Below are positions 20,001 through 28,573 of a stretch of DNA of 64,000 nucleotides, piece after piece (position 1 is the stretch's first letter; every line of letters starts with the position of its first letter). The position numbers and the translations under genes were made by a program. Source of the stretch: an uncultured Planctomycetales bacterium (GTDB lineage: Bacteria > Planctomycetota > PLA2 > JAEUHO01); NCBI GenBank assembly GCA_964586025.1, contig CAZPGF010000001.1, forward strand, positions 29,544-93,543, written 5' to 3'. The notes under the pieces were generated by a model. It was not told where the DNA came from and made no database searches. It saw only the letters and a program-made list of their open reading frames with translations.

Positions 20001-21203
20001 TTCGAGAACACAATCACCGACGGCAACGGGACGAGTTCGATCCGCGGCAGCCTGAAGTTCGTCCGGAGCAACGACGGCACCGCGACGAGTTATCGCGACG
20101 CGGGCGGCTACTGGTGGAGCAAGCCGTGGATCGGCGAACTCTTCCCCGACAGCGCCTACGTCGACCAGTGGGCGGAGTGGGGCAACCTGCGCGCCGAGGC
20201 CTCGACGAACGCCGGAACGTTCCGCCAGATCCGTCGCGGGGAGATCACCACCTCGCAGCAGCCGAACGGCACGCAGCTCATCAACACCTACGCGCGGCTC
20301 GCCGAGGAAGGCAGCACGTCGCTGTTCAACATCGGTTCGTCGTCGTCGACGTTCCATCACCAGTACGCCGACGGGCGCACGGGTGGCCTGGTCGAGGACG
20401 GCCCGCAGCTTGCGGCGAACTACAACTTCCCGCTGCCGAACCGCGCCGCGATCAGCCGCCCGTTCGCTCTCAACGTGAACTACGACGGCTCGGTCGGCGA
20501 CGAGTTCTCGTTTACCACGGAGTTCCCGCGCTTCAGCGCGTCGGTCGTCCGCCGCTTCTTCGATCACGAGTTGGGCACGATCGGCAGCGCCCTCGTGCGC
20601 CTGCGCGCGCCCGGGACCAACCCGCGCGGCGGCTATGTCGTGGTGAACGGCCTGGACCGCACGATCGAGAGCGGCTCGGCGTTCATCGCCCGGTACAGCA
20701 TGCTGTCGCTGATCCACAGCTACTTCGCGGGCGGCGTCAGCGATCCGAACCGGATCCGCCAGCTGCCGCGCGTGCAGATCCGGACGCCGACCTTGCTGAC
20801 GGAGATCGACTCGCCGTCCACGATCCCGGTGTCGTGGTCGATCCAGTGGAGGCGATGGGACGGCTTGAAGTACACGACGAACTACCCCGACGACTTCGCG
20901 GAGAACGAGGCGGACCTGATCTACGTGCTCTCCTACAGCAAGGACGGCGGCGCGACGTGGCTCAACATGATGGACGAATCGCCGGCGACGCTCGGCGAAC
21001 TGCCCTGGGACGACGACGCCGGGACGCCGGACGCCTCCCGCACGCTCGTCGACTCGGCGCCGGCGGCCGACGAGACTTACCTCTGGGACACCCCCGCCGC
21101 GAAGCTGCCGAAGGGGTCGTATCGGATCCGCGTCGAGGCGTATCGCCGCACCGAGCCGCTGCACTACGCACAGCACATGGAGAAGATCTATGTCAATCGC
21201 TAG
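17085..21203 (+). CDS. giant (1372 aa) prepilin-type N-terminal cleavage/methylation-domain protein with Ca2+-binding Asp-rich repeats
   Basis: MYRRASG|FSFIEILIAAGLVAIASMAAA is a class III signal (Gly-1, Phe+1, Glu+5). ATG overlaps the upstream stop (TGATG). Long extracellular region with many D-x-N-x-N/D-G-x-x-D repeats. Confidence 0.7.
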   Translation: MYRRASGFSFIEILIAAGLVAIASMAAAAHVTRSAQRSDWAQDRIFARQKALSILAELRAYVEGGDGEVAADLDGFDDGVAWRPNLTIQPDPNDPGAFLHPGHPTSANVENEGVWAWQRQISVRRFPSVNTRDLRICTVRVFRRRVGDVDPGELMAEVSGVIRTLGDAFPSTQVYDVYLLALDNVPGWWVFMDAIQPFVEATLSDLESRNPGLRFRTHWITKAGFGRNEEYAPYTNETRISTDNTPWAYVYPGRMPADSAAQRYYVAHRFGGRVNLDGEITPSFYNDLAPMEPYTDTNGNGQRDAGEPWDDLDADNTWDRGNPVPYALADMHNHCMRSPDEVARFEQRVAVGQEDAEVPTWRILLDRMIAMPDRYHNAILINLHGELLPMPAVRNYSDAAKIPDLRPGWRAVTHPERLRSVRVAGAPASSQEIAWRVYAYKTSWSGTAGAEALTSQEEPFVDANLNGIYDDGEAYDDWNGNGFRDEGIPIHIMIPGGRFDQSVNIGSTPSLTIQCISGGIDANGDGTVEDYANWANAARYPDAFTDVNGDTRRQRAEAYLDLNGNGTRDVDEPFSDLDGDGVYTAVDEPLTADYDGDGILDRAGPEETYTDVNANGRWDAAEPYLDVNGDGTRNGPAASPAPLWRPWDPLTDDATNASVLADYVYNYGEPFLDLDGDSVWDPAEPLVDGNANGVHDGGFRRGEMWYLVRYDDEGTSLLLHGTPLETPRTSSGRGLSSTRRLYELDYIPCPTPTSTSAGGDRFARNLYSTSSRPKNTARWRIAMSPTAIRDGFASGDAIDRVVRLETRFGRDRTTGTMWPTRWQPANKSASFTWYTDSVEDVPFSERYQFMGDPRHMPYMDLDRHGETSPNGYNWFFDDFTTGAGNVYDDWPAFDGARLRNSWRGNRGSSLDVPRLMSWLRYALVRNEAIYTTLTGFSYYYLSVGGDIGYDVDNGFANSIPMDGAPFGLTGDVFENTITDGNGTSSIRGSLKFVRSNDGTATSYRDAGGYWWSKPWIGELFPDSAYVDQWAEWGNLRAEASTNAGTFRQIRRGEITTSQQPNGTQLINTYARLAEEGSTSLFNIGSSSSTFHHQYADGRTGGLVEDGPQLAANYNFPLPNRAAISRPFALNVNYDGSVGDEFSFTTEFPRFSASVVRRFFDHELGTIGSALVRLRAPGTNPRGGYVVVNGLDRTIESGSAFIARYSMLSLIHSYFAGGVSDPNRIRQLPRVQIRTPTLLTEIDSPSTIPVSWSIQWRRWDGLKYTTNYPDDFAENEADLIYVLSYSKDGGATWLNMMDESPATLGELPWDDDAGTPDASRTLVDSAPAADETYLWDTPAAKLPKGSYRIRVEAYRRTEPLHYAQHMEKIYVNR
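17965..19180 (+). repeat. protein-level array of thrombospondin-type-3 / EF-hand-like Ca2+-binding repeats inside the giant pilin-like gene
   Basis: Repeated motifs DTNGNGQRDAGEPWDDLDADN, DANLNGIYDDGEAYDDWNGNGFRDEG, DVNGDTRRQRAEAYLDLNGNGTRDVDEPFSDLDGDGVYT, DYDGDGILD, DVNANGRWDAAEPYLDVNGDGTRNG and DLDGDSVWDPAEPLVDGNANGVHD. Confidence 0.5.
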
Positions 21204-22200
21204 CTGCTCGTCGCCCACGCGCGGGGCCCAACGCGGCTTCACGTTCCTCGAGACGACGCTCGTGCTCGCGATGACCACGCTGCTTGCGTGGGTCGTCGAG
21301 AGGACGTTCACCTCGACGACCGACGCCGATCGTCATCTGGCGGGGGTGCAGAAGTCGACGGATCGTTGTCAGGGCCTGTCGTACCGGATCCGCGAACTGG
21401 TCAGCGCGAGCCGCCGGCTGTTCGGGCGGGACACGATCGGCGAGGGATATCGCGATGCGCTGCAGGTGGACCGCGTCGTGCCGGTCTCGAACCTGCGTCT
21501 GCCGGTGATCGATCCCGTCGGGCGACTCGTCCCCGACGAGACGGGCGTACCGACGACGGGCAACTGCCTCCTGTTCGTGGGGGAGACGGATCCGGCCGAA
21601 GTCGTCGTGGATGCGACAACCGGCGCGACCCGGTTCATCGACATGTACCGGTTCGTCTACGTGGTCCCCGTCGTCACCGGTCGGTTCGTCACGACCCGGC
21701 AGCCGCGGACGGCGGCCCGGGACCTGGTGATCTGGCGCAGCACCGCCTACCCCAGCCACACGCAGATCCTGGGCCTGTCGAGCGCCGCCCACCGGGAGGC
21801 GGCGGTGAGCGCCCTCGTGACCTCCTACGGCTGCAGGTTCGCGTGGGATCCGAGCGGCGCCGTGGACGACAGCTTCTTCGCGATGGACGAGTTCGGTGCG
21901 CTCGCGACGTCCCCCGAGGCCGACATCGAGATCGAAGAGGATCCGGACGTCAGCAGCGTCGGTTCCATCGTCGCCTCCGGCCTGCAGCTCGCGCCGAGCG
22001 ACACCACGCGCGAGTCGTACGACCGACGGGCCTGGATGACATCCGATCTCGGCTGGTGGCCTAACGGCTTCGAAACGAAGATCGTCGGCGGCAGCGGGTC
22101 CCGAAAGATCTGGATGCGGCTGACGCTGGAGGCGCCGAGCGGCGGGCCGTCGACCGTCGTCCACGCATCCCAGGTGATCGCCTCCGCCCACGATCTCTAG
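21190..22200 (+). CDS. pseudopilin-like protein (prepilin-type N-terminal domain)
   Basis: MSIASCSSPTRGAQRG|FTFLETTLVLAMTTLLAW is a class III signal with Glu+5. Overlaps the upstream stop by 14 nt. Confidence 0.65.
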   Translation: MSIASCSSPTRGAQRGFTFLETTLVLAMTTLLAWVVERTFTSTTDADRHLAGVQKSTDRCQGLSYRIRELVSASRRLFGRDTIGEGYRDALQVDRVVPVSNLRLPVIDPVGRLVPDETGVPTTGNCLLFVGETDPAEVVVDATTGATRFIDMYRFVYVVPVVTGRFVTTRQPRTAARDLVIWRSTAYPSHTQILGLSSAAHREAAVSALVTSYGCRFAWDPSGAVDDSFFAMDEFGALATSPEADIEIEEDPDVSSVGSIVASGLQLAPSDTTRESYDRRAWMTSDLGWWPNGFETKIVGGSGSRKIWMRLTLEAPSGGPSTVVHASQVIASAHDL

Positions 22201-22296
22201 GCGGATCCACCTCGCCGTCGCATCGAACTCTTGCCCGTTCGTTGCATTCGACGCAACACCTTGTCGCAGAATGACTTATGACAGAGGCGCTCGATC

Positions 22297-22317
22297 GGCC
22301 TGTCACTTTGACAGGCC
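22297..22317 (+). terminator. perfect inverted repeat GGCCTGTCA-CTT-TGACAGGCC, candidate terminator or operator downstream of the pilin-like cassette
   Basis: 9-bp arms with a 3-nt loop, about 100 nt after the 22200 stop. No U-tract (common in high-GC genomes). Confidence 0.3.
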
Positions 22318-22463
22318 GCCCGGAGGCGGTGGGGGAAACCGTACCAACCGGGACGCGTCCAACAGCGTAGTCAAGCCGGACTGCGATCGCGGGTGTCCAT
22401 CCTCGCCGGACTCCCGCGGCAGCATTCGCCGGGCTCGCCCCGCCTCTGGAGACCCTCCCTTCC

Positions 22464-23255
22464 ATGTCCCTCCCCCTCCCCTCGCAGCCGACTCGAACCG
22501 CCCCCACCCTTCGCCCCCTCCCGCAGTGGGATCGCGTGTTCGATGCGATCGAGCGTGTGCTCCACGCTCAGGGCGTCCACCAGCCCCAGGCGTTGCGCTC
22601 GCCGCGCCTCATCGACGAGGCCCTCGATCCCCGGCTCCTCCCGCACGGTACGATGCTCGTCCTCTCCGAGGCCGAGCGGGTCGCGACCGAAGCGGACATC
22701 GAGGAGACGGTCCGAGACGAACGTGCCGGCGGTTGCGTCCTCGTGACGCTGCCCGCGGTCGAGAAACTCGGCGACCGTGCGAAGGCCTTGCGTGATCTCG
22801 CCGGCGCCGCGGCGACCTTCGGGTTCCACGCCGAATCGCGGCCTCTTCCCGCTCAGCGTCTCGGCCGCGTCCGGCAGGTTCCCTGCCCGGCCGGCCTGTC
22901 GGGTTACCGCTTCCTGCTCGCGGACACCCCGGGCTACCGCGTGGCGTTCGTGCAGCGAAACCTGCCCGGCGGCGGTTGGATCGGTCTTTGGAGCGGGAAT
23001 CCCGCCCTGGTGGGTGAACTGCGGCGCGTGCTCGCCGCGGCGGTCCAGGCGGCCGGCCTGCTGATGCCCGGCGCATCGCCCCGCGTCCCCGAGATCGACG
23101 GCATCGCGGCCGAGGACGAGATCTGGAAGCGGGCGTCGGAACTGCGCGCCTATCGAACCGTCCGCGAGGCCGAACTGCGGGAGATCGCCCGGCAGGCCGC
23201 CTTGCGCGGCGTCCAGCTCCGTCGCGAACGCGACGAGGCGGCACGCTCCGCGTAG
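22464..23255 (+). CDS. hypothetical protein
   Basis: 263-aa ORF with protein-like composition; no family recognised. Confidence 0.45.
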   Translation: MSLPLPSQPTRTAPTLRPLPQWDRVFDAIERVLHAQGVHQPQALRSPRLIDEALDPRLLPHGTMLVLSEAERVATEADIEETVRDERAGGCVLVTLPAVEKLGDRAKALRDLAGAAATFGFHAESRPLPAQRLGRVRQVPCPAGLSGYRFLLADTPGYRVAFVQRNLPGGGWIGLWSGNPALVGELRRVLAAAVQAAGLLMPGASPRVPEIDGIAAEDEIWKRASELRAYRTVREAELREIARQAALRGVQLRRERDEAARSA

Positions 23256-23293
23256 CGGACGGCCCACGCCCGAGCGCCGGATAGCCTGCGGGC

Positions 23294-23980
23294 GTGCCCG
23301 ACGTCTCCCGCGAACTCCTCGATGTGCTTCTCTCCCTCGACGCGCCGCGTCGTCCCTCTCCGGACGAGGCGGCGCGTCTCGTTCGGTACGCCGCGCGGCT
23401 GGTCGAGCATCCGCGTCCGAATCTCACCGCCGCCCGCACCGTGGCGTCGATCATCGAGGTCCTGATCGTTCCGAGCCTCGTCGTGGGGGAGGCATGGCCC
23501 CGCGGACGTCCGGCGCCGCGCGTCGTCCTCGACATCGGCAGCGGCAATGGCTTCCCGGGACTGGCCGCGGCAGCGCTCTGGCCCGGCGCCTTGGTGCACC
23601 TCGTCGAGCGGCGGCAGAGGAAGGCGGCGGCCCTCGCCGAGCATGTCGCGGCATGCGGTTACGGCGAACGGGTTCGGGTCCACGCCGCGGACTCGCGCGA
23701 CCTCCTCGCGCACGAGCCGGGCATGCGCGCCGTTGCGGATCTCGTCGTGCTGCGCGCCGTCGGCCCGCTCTCCGAGTGCAATCGACTCGCGGTGCCCTTC
23801 CTCGCCGGGGGCGGGCGGGTGGTGCACTGGAAGGGACCGGGGATCTCGCGCCACGAGATCGCCGAGGGAAGGCGCGGCGCCGGGCCGCTCGGGCTCGAGG
23901 AGTGCCCGCCGCTCCCGGGCGTCGGCACGCGTTCTCTGTGGGTGTACGAGCGCTCCGGAGGGACCGATGCGACTCGATGA
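23294..23980 (+). CDS. rsmG: 16S rRNA (guanine527-N7)-methyltransferase RsmG (GidB)
   Basis: SAM motif LDIGSGNGFPGL and RsmG-like overall length/order. GTG start. Confidence 0.8.
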   Translation: MPDVSRELLDVLLSLDAPRRPSPDEAARLVRYAARLVEHPRPNLTAARTVASIIEVLIVPSLVVGEAWPRGRPAPRVVLDIGSGNGFPGLAAAALWPGALVHLVERRQRKAAALAEHVAACGYGERVRVHAADSRDLLAHEPGMRAVADLVVLRAVGPLSECNRLAVPFLAGGGRVVHWKGPGISRHEIAEGRRGAGPLGLEECPPLPGVGTRSLWVYERSGGTDATR

Positions 23981-24305
23981 ATTCCAGCGACGTTTCGCCG
24001 AGTTGACGAAGGACGGGTTGGAGCACCCTCGCGTCGCGACCGCGCTCGCCCTCGTCGAGGAGGCGGGAGAAGTCGCGCGGTGCGTGCTCGATCGCGAGAT
24101 CTACAGGACCGGCGACGACGAGGCCCTGCTCGACGAGATCGGCGACGCGCTCGCGGCGCTTGCCGAAGTCTGCGAGCGCCATGGCCTCGCGCTCGACGCG
24201 GCGGCGACCCGCGTCCTCGACAAGGTGGGCGAGCGGGCCCCCGGGTGGCGACGGTCGATCGGAACGCGTTTGACGGACCTGCGCGCGCGCTGGGACGGCG
24301 CGTGA
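23967..24305 (+). CDS. MazG-like nucleotide pyrophosphohydrolase domain protein
   Basis: 112 aa. LVEEAGEVARCVL...DEIGDALAAL matches the EExxE...D MazG-type helix pair. ATG overlaps the rsmG end by 14 nt. Confidence 0.55.
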   Translation: MRLDEFQRRFAELTKDGLEHPRVATALALVEEAGEVARCVLDREIYRTGDDEALLDEIGDALAALAEVCERHGLALDAAATRVLDKVGERAPGWRRSIGTRLTDLRARWDGA

Positions 24306-24440
24306 CCCCAACGACCGTGGTCCGCCGTCCTTTCCGGTCGGAGGGGGCGTCGTCCCGGCGAGCGATCGGCGTCGCGGATCGGGGGCAATCGGAGCCATTG
24401 GGAGCGGGCTCCCAGTCCATCGGGCATCCGAACGGCGCCC

Positions 24441-24809
24441 TCAGTCGATTCGGATGAGTTCGCCGGGCGCGTTCAGCAAACGATGTCGCGTGGCGACCTC
24501 CAACCAGGTGCCGTCACGACCGCGTCGCAGCACGACGATCGCCAGGGGCACACCGGGTGGGGCTCCGCCGAACGCCCAGCCGATGCGGCTCTCGTCACCC
24601 GGCACGCCGACGACCTCGCGGGTCTCGTCCGCCTCGCGCCACCGGGCGACGACACGCCACTCGTCCGGCACGTTCCATCCCTCGGCGACCCCGGGAGGGA
24701 CGGGGTTCGGGGGCCCGTCCACCGCCACCGCCGGCGGGCGTTTGAGGACGATCACGACGAGTCCGACCACGCCGACCGCGAGCGTTGCGAGTCCGACGAC
24801 GATCGCCAT
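24441..24809 (-). CDS. small membrane-anchored hypothetical protein
   Basis: MAIVVGLATLAVGVVGLVVIVL TM anchor followed by a Pro-rich segment. Confidence 0.3.
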   Translation of the reverse strand: MAIVVGLATLAVGVVGLVVIVLKRPPAVAVDGPPNPVPPGVAEGWNVPDEWRVVARWREADETREVVGVPGDESRIGWAFGGAPPGVPLAIVVLRRGRDGTWLEVATRHRLLNAPGELIRID

Positions 24810-24932
24810 GCGCAGGAACAGGGGGGGACGGTCCGCGCGGCGCACGGGCGCATCCTACGGCCCGCGCGCGGCGCGTCCGCCCCTCGGCGGGCTGTGGCTC
24901 CCGGGGACGGCGTGCGGCTATCTTGCGCCGCG

Positions 24933-26837
24933 ATGGGTCGCCACGACGTCGAGATCACCGAACGCCCCGAGGACCTTCGCCGCTTCGAGGAGCGGCTCGT
25001 CGCCGACGCCGACGCGCTCGAGCGGATGCTGCTCGAGAAACGCTTCGAGACCGGCGTGCGCCGGATCGGATTGGAGCAGGAGTTCTTCCTGGTCGACGAG
25101 CACGGCCGACCGGCCCCGCGCGCGAACGAGGTGCTCAAGGCGCTCGGCGGCGACGGGTCGGTCTACCAGAACGAGCTCGCGCTCTACAACGTCGAGGTCG
25201 CCCTGCCTCCGCGGCCGCTCGGCGGGACGTGCCTGCGCGAGATGGAGGAGGAACTGCGGCTGCACGTCGGGACGATCCGCCGCGCCGCCCGCCCGCACGG
25301 CGTCGATGTCCTCGCCATCGGCATCCTGCCGACGCTCACCTGGGACCACCTGCGCCTCGACTGCATGACCCCGTCGCCGCGCTACGAAGCGTTGAACCGA
25401 CGTGTCCTCGCGATGCGCGGTGGCGAGTTCCGAATCGCGATCCGCGGCGTGGACACCCTCCATGCCACGCACGACAACGTGTTGCTCGAGGCGTTCAACA
25501 CGTCGTTCCAGTTGCACCTTCAGGTGGACCCGGACGAGTTCGCGTCAGTCTACAACGCCATGCAACTGGCGACCGGGGTCGTCTTGGCGGGGGCGGGCAA
25601 CAGCCCGCTTCTGCTCGGCGCGCGGCTTTGGGACGAGACGCGCATCGCCCTGTTCGATCAGTCGATCGACACGCGCACCGACCATCAGTTGAGTCGCGGC
25701 AGCCGCCCGCGGGTGTTCTTCGGCGACGATTGGGTCCGCGGCGGCGTGCTCGACCTGGTCCGCGAGGACATCTCGCGCTTTCGCGTCGTCCTGCCGATGG
25801 ACGACGGCGAGCCGTGGCCGGCCGACGTGCTCGATGCGGGTGGCGTGCCGCAGTTGACGGCCCTCGCGCTGCACAACGGCACGATCTACCGGTGGAACCG
25901 TCCGTGCTATGGCGTGTTCGACGGCGTGCCGCATCTAAGGATCGAGAACCGCCCGCTGCCGGCCGGTCCGACCGCCGTCGACAGTGCCGCCAACGCCGCG
26001 TGGCTCTACGGCCTCACGCTGGGGCTCGCGGCGGAGTTCGGCGACGTGGGCCGTCGGATGCCGTTCCACGACTGCCAGGCCAACTTCCACGACGCGGCCG
26101 CCACCGGGCTGCGCGCGTCGCTGCAGTGGATCGACGGGAAGGCGCGCACGGCGGACGAACTCGCCCTGTTGACGTTGCCGCTCGCCGCGGAGGGCCTGCG
26201 GCGCGCCGGCGTCGACAAGGACGACGGGCACCGGCTCCTCGACGTGGTCGCCGCACGCGTCACCGCCGGTCGCACCGGCGCGCGCTGGCTCGTCGACGGG
26301 TTCAACGGGCTGCGCGACGCGATCCCCAAGGACGAGGCGTTGCAGGTGCTCACGCGCTCCTACATGGAGCGTCAGCGCGGGGGGGCCCCGGTCCACACCT
26401 GGGAGGCGGTCGAGACGCCCGAGCCGACGAATCGCCGCGCCGCCTACGAACGCGTCGGACAGGTGATGACCGCCGACCTGCTCACGGTCCAGGAGGAAGA
26501 CACCGTCACGCTCGCCGAAGCGATGATGCGCTGGGAGGGCATCCGCCACGTGCCCGTCGAGAACGAGGCCGGCACGCTCGTCGGGATGCTCGCGCTGCCG
26601 GAGTTGTTCCAGGCGATGAAGCGCGGCAACGGTCAGCCCGAACGCGGGCTGCGGGTCGGTGAGGTGATGAAGCGGGCGCCGGTCACCGTCGCGCCCGAGA
26701 CGCCGACGCTCGAGGCGATCGGCCTGATGAAGGAACACGGTCTGTCGGCCGTGCCGGTCGTCCGCGACGGCCGCTTGGTCGGCCTGCTCACGGTGACCGA
26801 CTTCCTCACCGTGGTGCAGCGCCTGCTCGAGGGCTGA
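24933..26837 (+). CDS. carboxylate-amine ligase (GCS2 / YbdK-type glutamate-cysteine-ligase family) fused to a C-terminal CBS-domain pair
   Basis: N-terminal region GLEQEFFLVDEHGRP...ELALYNVEVAL matches GCS2. C-terminal ~130 aa has two CBS-like units (VMTADLLTV..., VMKRAPVTV...GLSAVPVV). Confidence 0.75.
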   Translation: MGRHDVEITERPEDLRRFEERLVADADALERMLLEKRFETGVRRIGLEQEFFLVDEHGRPAPRANEVLKALGGDGSVYQNELALYNVEVALPPRPLGGTCLREMEEELRLHVGTIRRAARPHGVDVLAIGILPTLTWDHLRLDCMTPSPRYEALNRRVLAMRGGEFRIAIRGVDTLHATHDNVLLEAFNTSFQLHLQVDPDEFASVYNAMQLATGVVLAGAGNSPLLLGARLWDETRIALFDQSIDTRTDHQLSRGSRPRVFFGDDWVRGGVLDLVREDISRFRVVLPMDDGEPWPADVLDAGGVPQLTALALHNGTIYRWNRPCYGVFDGVPHLRIENRPLPAGPTAVDSAANAAWLYGLTLGLAAEFGDVGRRMPFHDCQANFHDAAATGLRASLQWIDGKARTADELALLTLPLAAEGLRRAGVDKDDGHRLLDVVAARVTAGRTGARWLVDGFNGLRDAIPKDEALQVLTRSYMERQRGGAPVHTWEAVETPEPTNRRAAYERVGQVMTADLLTVQEEDTVTLAEAMMRWEGIRHVPVENEAGTLVGMLALPELFQAMKRGNGQPERGLRVGEVMKRAPVTVAPETPTLEAIGLMKEHGLSAVPVVRDGRLVGLLTVTDFLTVVQRLLEG

Positions 26838-28573
26838 TCGCGTCGCCGGCGACGCGCGTCGTCTCCCCGTCGACGATCTCGAACGTGACGCCCGTGACGG
26901 CTTCGTCCGACGGGTCCAACGCGAGGGTGCCGCGCCACGTCCCGGGGCGAAGCGCGAACGGAGCCTCCCAGCCCCGGCCCTGGGCACGTCGTTCGAGCGG
27001 GATCTCGACGTCCGTCTCATGGGGGCCGTCGGCCGCGTACACGCGCAACGTCCCGTCGCGTGGGTCGCCCGGTGCGAACGACTCGTCGATCGCGAGGCGC
27101 CCGCCCGGACGCGGTGTGAACGCCACGTTGCGCACCTCGTCGGCGACGACATCGACGTCCACGCATTCCCACGCCAGGTCACCGTCGCGAGGCAGCACGC
27201 GAACCGACCAGCGGCCGACCTCGAGCCCCCGCGCAACGAACGGCATGGGCGGCGTCCTCGGCAGCCACGTCGTGGATCGCGACCGCGCCCACGGACCGGC
27301 GGGTCCGTGGAGCACCACGGTGGCGCCGCGCGGCCATGCCCCCGTCAGGGAGACGCCGCCCGCCTCGACCGGCGACAGCGCCAGCGCCACCTCGGTCGGT
27401 CCGTTCGATGCGATCGGGCCGACCCGAGCGCGCGCGAACGCCGGGACGGACGGCGTCGTTCGATCCGGGCACGGCCACCTCGACGACGAGGTCGTCCCGC
27501 GCCGCGACGAGGGGCAGCGCGCCGTCGCCGGGAGCGATCCGCAGAGGTCCCGCCGCCCCGACGACCTCGCCCGCGGCGTCGAGGAGACGAACGCGCCACG
27601 GACGCGACGTGCCCGGCAGGTCGGGGTGGGTCAGGTGCAGCCAGGGACGCGCGACGAGTGCGTCGAACTCGGCGAGTCCTCCACCGCCGATCAGCAGCGC
27701 CGGGGGCGTCTCGAGGAACGGTGCTTCGAGGGTCAACTCGTACGGCAACGCGGCGGCCTCGCCGACGGCGAAGACCCCGCTCGCGTCCACGTCGACATGA
27801 CCCCAGACCGTGCGGGTGCCCCCGTCGCGGGACAGCTCGACGACCTGGACGCGGCCCACGCGCAGCGCGCTCGGCAAGGCCTCCGGCCAGTGGATCCGGC
27901 CGTGGATCGGATGCGAGGCCTCGGGTTCGATCTCGACGCGGCGGAGTTCGCCCGGCGCCGGTGCATCGACCACCAATCTCCGGCGCGCGACCGGCCGATC
28001 GCGCGAGAGGCTCGGCTCGGGCTCCACCACCACCGTCACCGTCCGAAGTCCGGGACGGATTCGGAACGCTGCGGCGACGCCGGCGCGGGCGACTCCCTGT
28101 CCGCCGATCGCCGCGATGCGCTGGAGCGGCTCATCCGTTTCGATGCTCGCCCGCGCCGGACCGAGCAGCGTCGTCTTGACGACGAGTTCGAGCACGCCAT
28201 GAGGCTCGAGCGTCGCGCGCGCGAGGAACCGATTCGCGTCGCCGCGTTCGATCGCCAACGCCCCGCCCGGGGGCAACTCGTACCACGGCGCGCGCACCTC
28301 GATCGCGTCGGCGATCGCCTGGGGCGAGTCCGGCGAGGCGTCCGCCGCGAGAGGAACCGGATGCACGCGAGCGCGTCCTTCGGCGTCCGCATCGACCCAG
28401 CCGCCGTCGACGAACCGAGCACGTGCCTGGGCGCGCGGCACCGGTCTCCCGCCGGCGTCCACGATCGTCACGAGCACGGAAAGACCCTCGGGGCCGCGCG
28501 CGCCCCGTGAGCCGAGCCATGCGCCCACGGCGGCGAGGAGCGCGATGGGCAACCACAGCACGACGCGGCGCAT
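26806..28573 (-). CDS. large secreted protein (signal peptide, beta-rich repeats); apparent +/-1 frameshift near 27425-27440
   Basis: ATG at 28573 (MRRVVLWLPIALLAAVGAWLG). Protein-like frame 28573->~27430 then degenerates into Arg-rich text. The adjacent frame (track ORF 26806..27390) continues protein-like text with the same style. The junction lies in a GCGCGCGC run. Confidence 0.45.
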
